A stretch of 64,000 nt of DNA from Diplonema japonicum. Lineage: Eukaryota; Protista; Euglenozoa: Diplonemea. A model generated the notes under the pieces. It saw only the letters and a program-made list of their open reading frames with translations, was not told the DNA's origin and ran no database searches. Below, piece after piece: positions 11,400 through 21,839 of this stretch (the stretch's first letter is position 1; each line of letters begins with the position of its first letter). The stretch is from NCBI GenBank assembly GCA_964019335.1, contig OZ025719.1, positions 248,001-312,000 on the forward strand, in the 5' to 3' direction. The position numbers and the translations under genes were made by a program.

Positions 11400-11795
11400 G
11401 AGCCCAAACACCCCACCCTCCTCTACTGCCCAAATAGGAATTATTCGGGGGGCCCTTTAACTGTTTTTTTTTTTCCCTCGTTTCTTTTTGTATTTCTTTC
11501 GTGTTTGAAATAAAAAAAAAAAGAGTAGTTTGTAACATAAAAACGATATGTTCTGACTCGTTTCTTTCTTCTTGTGCAGGGCGCCGCCAACACGGGCCTC
11601 CTTAAACTCATATATTCTTTCCCCCTTTTTTTTTTCTCTTTTTTTGTTTGCTTTTTTTTTTTAATTTTTTAATTTTTTAATTTTTTAATTTTTTTTTACA
11701 TATTCAAATGGCAATGTAGTTAAAAAGAATGATTACAAACCTGTATAATTTGTGGCGAGGTTTTACCTCCTTACTCGAGTAAAAAACTATTTTAG

Positions 11796-11988
11796 CCACT
11801 AAGCCCACAGGCCAAAAAACCGGGAAAAAGTCAATTTCTCAAAAAATTCAAAAAAGAAATGGCAGTATTTAAACTAGTTGATGGCAGGCGTAATGAGCTA
11901 TTTTATTAGGTAAAATTCCGCTCGTGCGCACAAATGAAGCGCCAAACTAGTTTTTATGTCATATGTATATGACATGTAGGTTTAGTGG
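11796..11988. mobile_element. Degenerate piggyBac-like MITE
   Basis: ccactaagcccaca versus the reverse complement of the right end, ccactaaacctaca (12/14 match). Subterminal near-palindrome tgtcatatgtatatgaca. Flanks ttag/tttg only loosely resemble TTAA. Confidence 0.4.
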
Positions 11989-12022
<34 letters not shown>

Positions 12023-12025
<3 letters not shown>

Positions 12026-12766
12026 GCTATTTACTGCCAAAAAGTAATGACTTTACCGTTACCTCTCGGTTCCGCATTTTACCATCTCGGGCCCTGCGGG
12101 CCCTCGACGGTAAAATGCGGAACCGAGAGGTCGGTAAAGCATTACTTGGCGGTAGGTAAGTGGTTTTATTTCACGACACTCTGAAATTACTTCACCACGA
12201 GGGGCACAACAGGGTGACAAGGGGTACAACAAGAGAGGGGTTACAAAGGTTACAATACAAGTTGTTTTTCCTCCTTTTGTTGACTAAGAGCTGCCGCTGT
12301 CGCTGGCATTGCCACTGTCACCATCTCTAATCAGGCCTTCCCATACCTGGCGCGGCCGCTGGCTCCTTTTTTTCTGCTGCTTCGGTATTTTGAAGTCTTT
12401 TGGGGTGCTTGGGTAAGCTGACTAAGTTACCCTTACCCACAGAAGAGTTACCCACAGAAACTGGGAACAAGGCCTAGCCAAAAGTGGGCAAATTGGGAGG
12501 AAAAAGTAGTCCAACTTGGAACTGAGCCGAGGCAAAAGTTGGCCAATTGAGCTGAACCTGGGGGGAAATAGCAAACTGAGAGGAAAAAGTAGCCCCACTG
12601 GGAACCGAACCGAGGCAAAAATTGGCCTACCGAGGCATATTATTTAACGGAAACCCCCAATTACTTCACGGAAAACAGGCCATTATTTCACCGTGAAGTA
12701 ATGAGATTTAGCGTGAAGTAATGGGCCCCCCAGTGCGTGAAGTAATTTCTGAAGAGTGAAATAAAA
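12023..12766. mobile_element. 744-bp non-coding hairpin-ended element, family A copy 1 (flip)
   Basis: Near-identical to 24080-24823. Terminal hairpin of ~135 nt (12027-12160) with a perfect 23-bp inner stem. The inverted repeat ttttatttcac..gaaattacttcac right after the hairpin matches the far end. gtgaagtaat motif is iterated. Inserted in poly-A. Confidence 0.9.
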
Positions 12767-13270
12767 AAAAAAACGACGAGCTTTACCACTTTTTTTTTCC
12801 TTCTTCTTTTTTTTCTTTCGTGCGTTCGCGAGGAGTCAACATCTAGCCTTGGAAAAAGCTACATTATATTTGTCTACAAAAGAATTTTCAAGCTCCGAGG
12901 GTCCCAAAAAGAATGCTCGTTGCTAGCAATAGAGGCAATAGAATCAACGGAAGAAAAAAAAAAATATTTTTGAACCCCTAACTCTGTGCTTTCCATTTTT
13001 TTTTCCACCCTCATGCACACTGAAATTTTATCGAGTTTTTTTTAGCTCTTTGTATTGTAACACTTCAAGCACTGCTAATAGTTTTCTCAGATTGAACCCG
13101 TTTCAATGGTCCCTCTCTACCTGCAATTAACAAGAACTGTCGCTTTGCGGTCTGCGAGGGGGAACGAAAAAAAAAAGAAGTGGGATTAGCGAAAATCTTT
13201 TTTTCTTTATTTTCTTTTTTTTTCCTTTTTCCCTCCACCGTTGTGGACTAAGAACAGAATAGGCCGAACC

Positions 13271-13302
<32 letters not shown>

Positions 13303-13411
13303 AGACAGGGAAAAAAGAAAGAAAAAAGCTCTCTCCTGCCTCGTATCAACTATTTGACTCCCTAGCTCCCTTTCTTTTATTTTCTTTCTCTTTTTTTTTT
13401 TTTTTTTAAGT

Positions 13412-13955
13412 GGGCCGTTGCTAACCACTTCGTTTCCTATCATGGTGGGAAAAAAAAAAAGATTATTTTATTACAAGAATGAGTCCTTGACTTGTCTTAA
13501 ACAAAAGGGGACCGTTGGCAACTTGTTTCGGGGGTTTTACTAACTTTTCTCCAGAATTTTTTCGGCACGTACAAAAACAACGGCCGGTTCCTCGATTTTC
13601 CCCCCTCCTTGGCGAGAAAAGGCAATTGTATAAAGGAGAGGGTTTTTCTGGGGAAAGAATTTTTTTTTTCCGTGATGGGGCTGCACAGTATGATGCTTCG
13701 GGGATGATTGTCTCCGGGAGGTTTTTTTTTACGCCAAATCAAGGGTGCGACAGGAGACCACTCTTCTCCTCGAGCCAAACCCCCCCCCTACCTAGCACGA
13801 CTCCAAGCAATGTTTCTCGCCCAGATGCCGTCCATCTCATCGCGACAAACAGCCACCGCAGGCACCAGACAGCAACCGCAGAACGGTGACCGATTAGTGT
13901 GCATTTCTACCTGAACAGTGAGCACTCCCATGCACACTGAAATTTTATCGAGTTT
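13412..13955. repeat. Mosaic of degenerate dispersed repeat fragments
   Basis: 13412-13443 matches 40482-40512. 13473-13590 matches 27296-27410. 13871-13929 matches 33091-33159. catgcacactgaaattttatcgagttt occurs at 125, 13012 and 13929. Confidence 0.75.
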
Positions 13956-14461
13956 TTTATTTATTTTTTTTTCCGGGTTTTTACAAACTGTATTAAGTTG
14001 TACACGAACTACGGCCGGTTCTTTCCTTCTTTTCTTCAAAATTAGTTCCCCGTTCACGATGATTCGTTAAAAGGGAACTAAATGACGGACGTGTGCGGGA
14101 AAAAAAAAAGGAAAAAAGGTGCCACAATAGGCTGTAACATCTCTCTCTCTCTCTCCCCCCCCCCCCCCCTACCCCCATCTACTGTGAATGTCTTTCTCCC
14201 TTCTCGTCATGTAATTCTTTTGAGCGAGGAAGGGATGTTTAAAAAAAAAAAAACTGAACCATCACCGCTAACCTCAACCTCTCCCTTCTAATGGGAAAGA
14301 AGTTTTGCTCATTTTATGGGGATTGCGCTTGTTAACACTTGGGAATTTCTTCTGGGTTAGGCCGGGATGACTCTCTACTAAGGGGGAAAAATGAATTGAA
14401 GACTGAACTCACCAAGTTTATTTTATTTTCTCCCTCCCTCCAATATTTAAAAAAGAAGAAG

Positions 14462-14494
<33 letters not shown>

Positions 14495-15069
14495 GCTACG
14501 TACCAACAGTCTATTTATGGCAACAAACAGTGAACAGCTGAAAGAACCTCCGCCCGCCCACTCCGCCCTTATTTCGTCAACCATGGAACCCGCAAACGAT
14601 TACGAGCGGTTCACTCGACGATAAGAACTAGCTCAAGTGCAACGAAGCGGGACGGCAACTTTGCCTTCTTGCTCATAAGTGCGTGGGCGATATCCCCCCC
14701 CCACCCTCCCCCCTTTCACTCTTTTTTTTTTTTTTGCTGGAACAAGTACTTTGAAAAGAAATTGTTGTTGCAAAAAAAGAGTCCGTTTTATCCCTGCTTT
14801 AGGTGAAAACGGACAAGACAAACAAAAAAAAACCCACCCCTCTTTTTTTTCTTTTTGCGCTACAGAATTGGAGATGAATGGAAGCTGAACATGATAAACA
14901 GGAGCCTCACTGTCCCTTGGCTCGTTGCATTTCTTCTTTATTCGTTTCTCTTCTGTACTTGTTTATTTCCCAACTAGCTCCTACGGGTAATCAAGGACAC
15001 CTCGTTTCTTTATCACCGCCTTTGTTATTTTACAAACTCCACATCAGATTCACATCCAACAACATAAAC

Positions 15070-17928
15070 ATGAAGTTCTTTGCAGTGCTTGCGCTGCTTT
15101 CGGCAGGCTCTATGGCGAATGTGACCCCTTTGCCACCAACCAGTGCCCCTTCGTCGGGTGCACCTGTTCCTACTTCTGGTCCTGCGAGCAGGATGCCAAG
15201 CCCTTCGAAAGATCCTGTGACATCAAGCCCATCCTCTGGTGCTCCCAAGCCGTCACCAACCAGTGCCCCTTCGTCTGGTGCACCCATGCCTACCTCTGGT
15301 CCCTCAAGCACAATGCCGAGCCCCTCGAATGGACCTGTGTCTGGTGCCCCCATGCGTACTTTTAGTCCTGAAAGCAGCATGCCGAGCCCCTCGAGCGTGC
15401 CTGTGTCTGGTGCCCCCATGCCCACCTCTGGTCCCTCAAGCACAATGCCGAGCCCCTCGGGCGTGCCTGTTCCTACCTCTGGTCCTGCGAGCACCATTCC
15501 GAGCCCCTCGAATGGTCCTGTTTCTGGTGCACCGATGCCTACTTCTGGTCCTGCAAGCACAATGCCGAGCCCTTCGAATGGTCCTGTGTCTGGTGCACCG
15601 ATGCCTACTTCTGGTCCTGCGAGCACCATTCCGAGCCCTTCGAATGGTCCTGTGTCTGGTGCTCCCATGCCTACATCTGGTCCCTCAAGCACTATGCCGA
15701 GCCCCTCGGGCGTGCCTGTTCCTACCTCTGGTCCTGCGAGCACCATCCCGAGCCCTTCGAATGGTCCTGTTTCTGGTGCACCGATGCCTACATCTGGCCC
15801 CGTGAGCGGCATGCCGAGCCCGAACGTGCCTGTTCCTACCTCTGGTCCTGCGAGCACCATCCCGAGCCCCTCGAACGGACCTGTGTCTGGTGCTCCCATG
15901 CCTACCTCTGGCCCCGTGAGCGGCATGCCGAGCCCGAACGTGCCTGTTCCTACTTCTGGTCCTGCGAGCACCATTCCGAGCCCTTCGAATGGTCCTGTGT
16001 CTGGTGCTCCCATGCCTACTTCTGGTCCCTCAAGCACTATGCCGAGCCCCTCGGGCGTGCCTGTTCCTACCTCTGGTCCTGCGAGCACCATCCCGAGCCC
16101 TTCGAATGGTCCTGTTTCTGGTGCACCGATGCCTACATCTGGCCCCGTGAGCGGCATGCCGAGCCCGAACGTGCCTGTTCCTACCTCTGGTCCTGCGAGC
16201 ACCATTCCGAGCCCCTCGAATGGTCCCGTGTCTGGTACACCGATGCCTACATCTGGACCCGTGAGCAGTATGCCGAGCCCGAACGTGCCTGTTCCTACCT
16301 CTGGTCCTGCGAGCACCATCCCGAGCCCCTCGAACGGACCTGTTTCTGGTGCTCCCATGCCTACCTCTGGCCCCGTGAGCGGCATGCCGAGCCCGAACGT
16401 GCCTGTTCCTACCTCTGGTCCTGCGAGCACCATCCCGAGCCCCTCGAACGGACCTGTGTCTGGTGCTCCCATGCGTACTTCTGGTCCTGCGAGCACAATG
16501 CCGAACCCGGTTCCTGTTCCTACCTCTGGTCCTGCGAGCACCATTCCGAGCCCCTCGAATGGTCCCGTGTCTGGTACACCGATGCCTACATCTGGACCCG
16601 TGAGCAGTATGCCGAGCCCGAACGTGCCTGTTCCTACCTCTGGTCCTGCGAGCACCATTCCGAGCCCCTCGAACGGACCTGTGTCTGGTGCTCCCATGCC
16701 TACCTCTGGTCCTGCGAGCACTATGCCGAACCCGGTTCCTGTTCCTACCTCTGGTCCGGCCTCTGGTGCTCCCATTCGTACCTCTGCCCCCTCGAGCAGG
16801 GTGCCGTCGCCGACGACAGCCCACAACTGCGAGTGGAGCGAGAAGACGGAGGCCCCTTGGACTGCGGCGCAGAAGAAGTACTGCTGTGAGAAGGAAGGGG
16901 TTCGTTGCCCTGAGAAGAAGTCGTCTGAAGAGGAGGCGGAACTGAAGAAGTGCTTGATGGAGCTGGAGAAGAAGGGGGAGTCATCCACAAACTGCTGCAA
17001 GGTTCATGGAGTGGGGTGCCCTTCTGAGAAGTACGTGTGCGTGGCTGGGGAGACTATGTCGAAGGCGAAGAGGGAGTGGTGCTGCAAGGAGAAGGACATC
17101 GGGTGCCGTGTGGACTGCGAGGCGGAATCGTTGTCGGAGACGGAGGACAAGGAGTTCTGCTGTCAGGAGAAGGGGACCTGGTGCGGGGTGGAGACACAGC
17201 AAGAGCAGGCGGTACCGACCGGCTCGCTCAGCTTCAGGCTGAAGATGAAGGGAGATGCGGCGAGCCTCCTTGCGAACCCGAAGCAGTTCTTGAGGAGGTT
17301 CCGTGTGTCGATGCTGGCGGCCTCACCCGCTCTTCGGAAGAAGCCCGAAGACCTCGTGGTGACGAGGATCGGGTCGCTGATGGCAGGGAACGCAGTCCCA
17401 AAGCTTGGGCGGTGGTTCGTGGACGTACCGCTGCAGTGGAACTCGGAGCCCCTGCAGGAGGGAATGTCTTTCAACGGGAGGAACGGGAAGGCTCTTGGGG
17501 CGGCGGCTGTGAGCTCTTCCTCGCAGGTGGGTGACGATGGTGTGTTCACAGAGTACTACTTCAAGAAGGGGAGCGAGGGGAAGGAGGAGGTGGAGGCAGC
17601 TGTGGCGCAAGCGTTGGAGAACAAAGGTCCTCTCGCTGACAACCAGCGTGGGTACGGGATGGTGGTGGAGCCCGTGGAGGGAGGCACTGAGGAGCTGAAG
17701 AAGGATGACGACAACGACAGTGCATGGAGCCCCCTCGCCTACGCTGCTGCGGCGGCAGGCGGTCTTCTCTGTGTCGGTGGTGTTGCGGCTCTCTCAGTCT
17801 TCCACAAGAAGAGGCAGGCGAGCAACGACGAGGCCAGCTTGACCCAACTGTGCCAGGCTATGGAAGTGGAACTGGAACAAGAGGACGCGTCAGAGTACAA
17901 GGTTGACCGTGAGCTGGGCTCAATCTAA
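15070..17928 (+). CDS. Mucin-like type I membrane protein, copy 3
   Basis: Start placed at 15070 (aacataaacATG, as in copies 1 and 2). PTSGPASTIPSPSNGPVSGAPM-type repeats, identical Cys-rich/TM region, divergent tail. Confidence 0.9.
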   Translation: MKFFAVLALLSAGSMANVTPLPPTSAPSSGAPVPTSGPASRMPSPSKDPVTSSPSSGAPKPSPTSAPSSGAPMPTSGPSSTMPSPSNGPVSGAPMRTFSPESSMPSPSSVPVSGAPMPTSGPSSTMPSPSGVPVPTSGPASTIPSPSNGPVSGAPMPTSGPASTMPSPSNGPVSGAPMPTSGPASTIPSPSNGPVSGAPMPTSGPSSTMPSPSGVPVPTSGPASTIPSPSNGPVSGAPMPTSGPVSGMPSPNVPVPTSGPASTIPSPSNGPVSGAPMPTSGPVSGMPSPNVPVPTSGPASTIPSPSNGPVSGAPMPTSGPSSTMPSPSGVPVPTSGPASTIPSPSNGPVSGAPMPTSGPVSGMPSPNVPVPTSGPASTIPSPSNGPVSGTPMPTSGPVSSMPSPNVPVPTSGPASTIPSPSNGPVSGAPMPTSGPVSGMPSPNVPVPTSGPASTIPSPSNGPVSGAPMRTSGPASTMPNPVPVPTSGPASTIPSPSNGPVSGTPMPTSGPVSSMPSPNVPVPTSGPASTIPSPSNGPVSGAPMPTSGPASTMPNPVPVPTSGPASGAPIRTSAPSSRVPSPTTAHNCEWSEKTEAPWTAAQKKYCCEKEGVRCPEKKSSEEEAELKKCLMELEKKGESSTNCCKVHGVGCPSEKYVCVAGETMSKAKREWCCKEKDIGCRVDCEAESLSETEDKEFCCQEKGTWCGVETQQEQAVPTGSLSFRLKMKGDAASLLANPKQFLRRFRVSMLAASPALRKKPEDLVVTRIGSLMAGNAVPKLGRWFVDVPLQWNSEPLQEGMSFNGRNGKALGAAAVSSSSQVGDDGVFTEYYFKKGSEGKEEVEAAVAQALENKGPLADNQRGYGMVVEPVEGGTEELKKDDDNDSAWSPLAYAAAAAGGLLCVGGVAALSVFHKKRQASNDEASLTQLCQAMEVELEQEDASEYKVDRELGSI
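15130..16770 (+). repeat. Coding tandem repeat of alternating ~66-bp and ~48-51-bp PTSGP units
   Basis: Reiterated cctacctctggtcctgcgagcaccat / ccgagcccctcgaatgg. Confidence 0.9.
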
Positions 17929-18723
17929 GATTAAAGATGCTGATGCTGAGGATGACGAGCAAGCACACACAACAAACAACAGACGATATTACTTTTTTCT
18001 TTTCCCTCGAAACCTTTTTTGTGAAAGCGCATTTGAACCTACCGCCATCCCAAGAATACATACTACAAGTATGTAATGTTGCATGAGCTGCATGGTTAGT
18101 TTCTTTATTTCCCCTGTCTCATTCCCCTTTTACTCCACACTTTTCGGGAAGTGTTCCTAAGATGGAGTGACCCATTTTTTTTTTTAATTTTTTTTTTTTT
18201 TGCATCTTTCTTTATACGAATTGAAGAGCGAACAATAAGAAAAGAAAATGTAACAAAGCCCCCCCTTTTTTTTTTGAACTCTCCATAAATAGGAGTGTCT
18301 CTTTTTTAAGATGATTCGGGAAAAGGAGAGAAAAAAAAAGAAATTGTTAGAAAGCAAGAACTGAAGAAGGAACATTAAAAAAAAAAAAACATTTTTATTT
18401 AATATTAATCTCAAAGGGAGAAAGCACAAGCCAGACCCCAAAGAACTCATACATAAATATACCTTCATAGGTAAACATCCAAGGTAAACGCAGACTTGTG
18501 AGTTTCTTTTTATTTTTTTTATTTTCTATTTTTTTTGACCTCTATTTCATTTATTCTACCTCCTTGTTTCCTACCTCTTTTCTTTTCATGAGCGAGCCCT
18601 CTTGGTTGAGGCAATGCACAATCCCCCCCCCTTTTTTTTTGCTCAGTTCATGTGTTCATTGTTTTAATTGTTTTTTTGCAATGCATACACAACACCGACA
18701 GATTGTAGGGGGAAAGAAAGACT

Positions 18724-19482
18724 ATGTTGCTCCTTAGCCTACTGGCCATATGTACGGGGTCGACCTCCCCTGACCCGTTCTCTGTGTCCGTGAGAGCTGC
18801 AGTGAAGTCTGTCTCCGTCTTGGAGTCTCCCATCCCTCCGAGCTCTTGGTCGCCTTTATCAGTTCCTGTCTCGGGTGTTCCCATGCCTACCTCTCCTGCA
18901 AGCTCAGTGCGGAGCTCTTCGAACGGGCCTGTGTCTGGGATGCCTGTGACTACTGGTCTTGGTACCTCTGGTGCTCCAGTTCTTACCTCCGCCCCCTCGA
19001 GCGGGGTGCCTTCATCAGTCCCTCCTGAGGCACCCTCATCTTCAGTTCCTGTCTCTGGGGCACCGTCATCAGCACCCGCCTCGATCCCTCCTAGCTCTTG
19101 GTCACCAGATTCCAGAGCACCCACTTCGACATCGGTCCCTCCGATCTCTGAGTCGCCCGCTTCGGGTGTCACAGGGTCGCCTGCACCGCTCACTGCAGGC
19201 CCAGGGACTGGAACGCCGAGAACGGTGTCGCCACCAGTGACCTTCGCTCCTGGGACACCTACTCCCTCCTCTCCTCTGGCAGGGCCGCAAAAGCAGAGGG
19301 GAAGCGAGTCCTCGATGGACGGCGGGAAGATTGCTGTTGTGACTGCGTCTGTGGCAGGGCTGCTCGTTGTTGGTGCAGTCGCCTTCACCGTCTACCGCAG
19401 GACACGAGCCTTGCAGTACTACGCAGCCATCAACCTGGAACCAGGGACCCCCTACGATGAGATGGAGCGGGCACTGGAGTGA
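18724..19482 (+). CDS. Short mucin-like type I membrane protein related to copies 1-3, lacking the Cys-rich domain
   Basis: 252 aa. Signal peptide MLLLSLLAICTG, shared SNGPVSGMP and TSAPSSG motifs, TM IAVVTASVAGLLVVGAVAFTVY followed by RR. Confidence 0.8.
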   Translation: MLLLSLLAICTGSTSPDPFSVSVRAAVKSVSVLESPIPPSSWSPLSVPVSGVPMPTSPASSVRSSSNGPVSGMPVTTGLGTSGAPVLTSAPSSGVPSSVPPEAPSSSVPVSGAPSSAPASIPPSSWSPDSRAPTSTSVPPISESPASGVTGSPAPLTAGPGTGTPRTVSPPVTFAPGTPTPSSPLAGPQKQRGSESSMDGGKIAVVTASVAGLLVVGAVAFTVYRRTRALQYYAAINLEPGTPYDEMERALE

Positions 19483-19823
19483 GCAGCATACCCCCTTCTC
19501 TGAGAAGGAAGAGGAAACTAAACTGTAAAATGAAAAATGTCCTGGCACGTACCCGGGTGCGCAAAAAGCTCCTTCAGAATCCCCGGGCAGATGGTCCGGC
19601 CTGACAGATTACTGGGACATTATCAGTCGCCCTTTTTCATTTTACAGTAGTTGTCCGTTAAAACCTGGGGAGGGGTAACAACAACAAAATAAGAATTGAA
19701 AAAAAAAAAAAAAAAAAGAACTCTCAGAACTCGAAGATTATTTTTAGAGAAAAAACAGCGTACAGGTAATAACCAAATAACTTTTTCCCACTCAAGTCTG
19801 TAAGCAGAATTTCCACCACTGTT

Positions 19824-20012
19824 TACGGTAACCCATAACTTTTTTTCCACTGTCCACTACGAGTCATTGTGCACTTCAAAGAAGCTATCGGCGCCGGGTG
19901 GCATCATGTTCTTTGCGGTGAAAAGGTTGGTGGTTACACTGAACAGTGAAGAAGTTCTGCGGCTCACAGGCCTCTCAACGGTGGGAAAAAAAAGTAATTT
20001 AGTTACCGTGTA
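19824..20012. mobile_element. Possible decayed TIR element (MITE)
   Basis: acggtaac..actttttttccac at the left is inverted as gtgggaaaaaaaagt..gttaccgt at the right. Imperfect match. Confidence 0.35.
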
Positions 20013-20596
20013 CGTTGTCTTTCTCTTATTTTTAAAACCTGAAAGAACTCCCTAACTTAATGTTGCTACTAAAAAAAAAAAGAAAAAAGAGAGGTTGCCA
20101 TTGTCTGGTGCATCCTCCTGCAGGACGGTCCCCCGGCTGTGCGCACGAACAACCGACTCTTTTTCTTTTTCTTTTTCATTTTTTACAATACCCCGCTCAG
20201 CAACTCCTTCGTGTTTCTTGTAAAGTGTGTCAAAAGCACTCAATGCTAAGCAATCACGTATCGAAATATACACGTTGCTAGCGGCTGTTCTCTTATGCTC
20301 TTTAAAATCACAATCCTTTCTTGGTAGGGGTTTTTTCTTTTGTTTGCCCTCTCTTTTTTAAATGTCTCTCTTTTTTTGCTCTCTTTTTAGCCTTTTTCCC
20401 CCCCTAAAAAAGCTTCCGTTTCCTAGCGGTTTCAATTTAGGGGAAAAAAAGCCCGCCCAAACGACGCCCCCCTTGATTGAGCTAATTTTATTGGCCGACC
20501 TTTCCTTTTCTTTTTAAAGCTCCTTTTTTTTCACTCTTATAACACACCCCCCGACAGGCTATTCACAGCACGCTTCTTTTATAAATTCTAAAAAAG

Positions 20597-21406
20597 ATGA
20601 AGATGGACGGTCTTGTGTTCGTGGTGACGGGAGGAGCGTCCGGTCTCGGGGAGGCGGTTGTGAGGATGGTGATTGAGAACAACGGGCGGGCTGCGATCTG
20701 GGACATGAACACGAAGAGGGGGAATGCGCTTGCGGAGGAGCTGGGGGCGACGGAGAGGATCGCGGTGTGCAAGGTGAACGTGACGAGCGAGGAGGACGTG
20801 GACAAGGCGGTGGCGGCGACGGTGGAGAAGTTCGGGCGGATCGACGTGTGCGTGAACTCCGCCGGAGTAGGAGGGGCGTGCCTCACTGTGAACAGGAAGG
20901 GAGAGGCGCACGGGGTGAAGGCCTACGAGAGAATCGTGGCGATCAACCTGATGGGGACCTTCCTGTGCGCGTCGCGTTGCGCGGCGCAGATGTCGAAGCA
21001 GGAGGTGAACGACGAGGGGGGCAGGGGCCTCATCGTCAACATCTCGTCGGTGGCGGCGATGGACGGGCAGAATGGTCAGCTCGCCTACAGCGCCTCGAAG
21101 GCGGGGGTGGTCGGGATGACCCTCCCCATGGCACGCGACCTCTCCAAGATGGGGATCCGCGTCAACACGATCTGCCCGGGGATCTTCGACACCCCGCTCG
21201 TCGGGGCGAAGAAGCCTGTCGACAACCGCGACGTCCAGAAGCTCGGCCGCGTTCAGCAGTCCCTCCTCAGCGGGCAGCTCTTCCCCAACTCCCGCTTCGG
21301 CCGCCCCTCCGAGATCGCCCAGCTCATCAAGGCCATGGCTGAGATCACCTACTTCAACGCTGAGACCGTCCGCCTCGACGCAGGTATCAGGATGCCCAAG
21401 CTTTGA
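20597..21406 (+). CDS. HSD17B10: 3-hydroxyacyl-CoA dehydrogenase type-2 (HSD17B10-like SDR)
   Basis: TGGASGLG cofactor motif, GQ.AYSASKAGVVGMTLPMARDL, PGIFDTP, and C-terminal NAETVRLDAGIRM typical of this family. Confidence 0.88.
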   Translation: MKMDGLVFVVTGGASGLGEAVVRMVIENNGRAAIWDMNTKRGNALAEELGATERIAVCKVNVTSEEDVDKAVAATVEKFGRIDVCVNSAGVGGACLTVNRKGEAHGVKAYERIVAINLMGTFLCASRCAAQMSKQEVNDEGGRGLIVNISSVAAMDGQNGQLAYSASKAGVVGMTLPMARDLSKMGIRVNTICPGIFDTPLVGAKKPVDNRDVQKLGRVQQSLLSGQLFPNSRFGRPSEIAQLIKAMAEITYFNAETVRLDAGIRMPKL

Positions 21407-21839
21407 AGTGGGTGAGATGAAAGGGGGGGGGGGGGAAGAAATATCGATTTTTTCTACATTAGTGGATCCCCCACCCCCTCCCCTACCCCTCCTCGCAATA
21501 GTAAATATACGGGAAAAAAAGAAAGAAAAAAAAGGGAACCCCACTTCCCCCTTCCCCTGGGAAAGTACAATCGGCTATTACGCACCACCAACTGCATAAT
21601 AGGCGCCAAGAAAAAAAAGAAAGAAAAAAGGAGAAGAAAATAAAAACGGTATTGGGGAGGGACATCCGCCAGCCCTCAATACTCACCCGCCCCTTTTTCC
21701 TTTCGATTTTTTTCCCCCCTCTCTTTTTTTCTTCATTTCCAACCCCCCCCCCTTTTTTTCATTTTGTCCCCCCCTATTTTCTCAACCAGTTACCGATTTC
21801 TTAAAAGGCACGAAACAAAAAACAAAAAAAAAAAGAAAC

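Noticed and set aside
3428-14888. Many short poly-Phe/poly-Lys ORFs here and in 29379-30338 and 38281-41816
   Set aside because: Translations of poly-T/poly-A tracts.
15030-17000. 656-aa antisense ORF, and similar minus-strand ORFs over GC-rich genes (e.g. 20588-21544, 46431-47369)
   Set aside because: Shadows of + strand genes with no independent motifs.
19534-19622. Short inverted repeat aatgtcc...ggacatt
   Set aside because: Only 7 bp and a single occurrence; compatible with chance.
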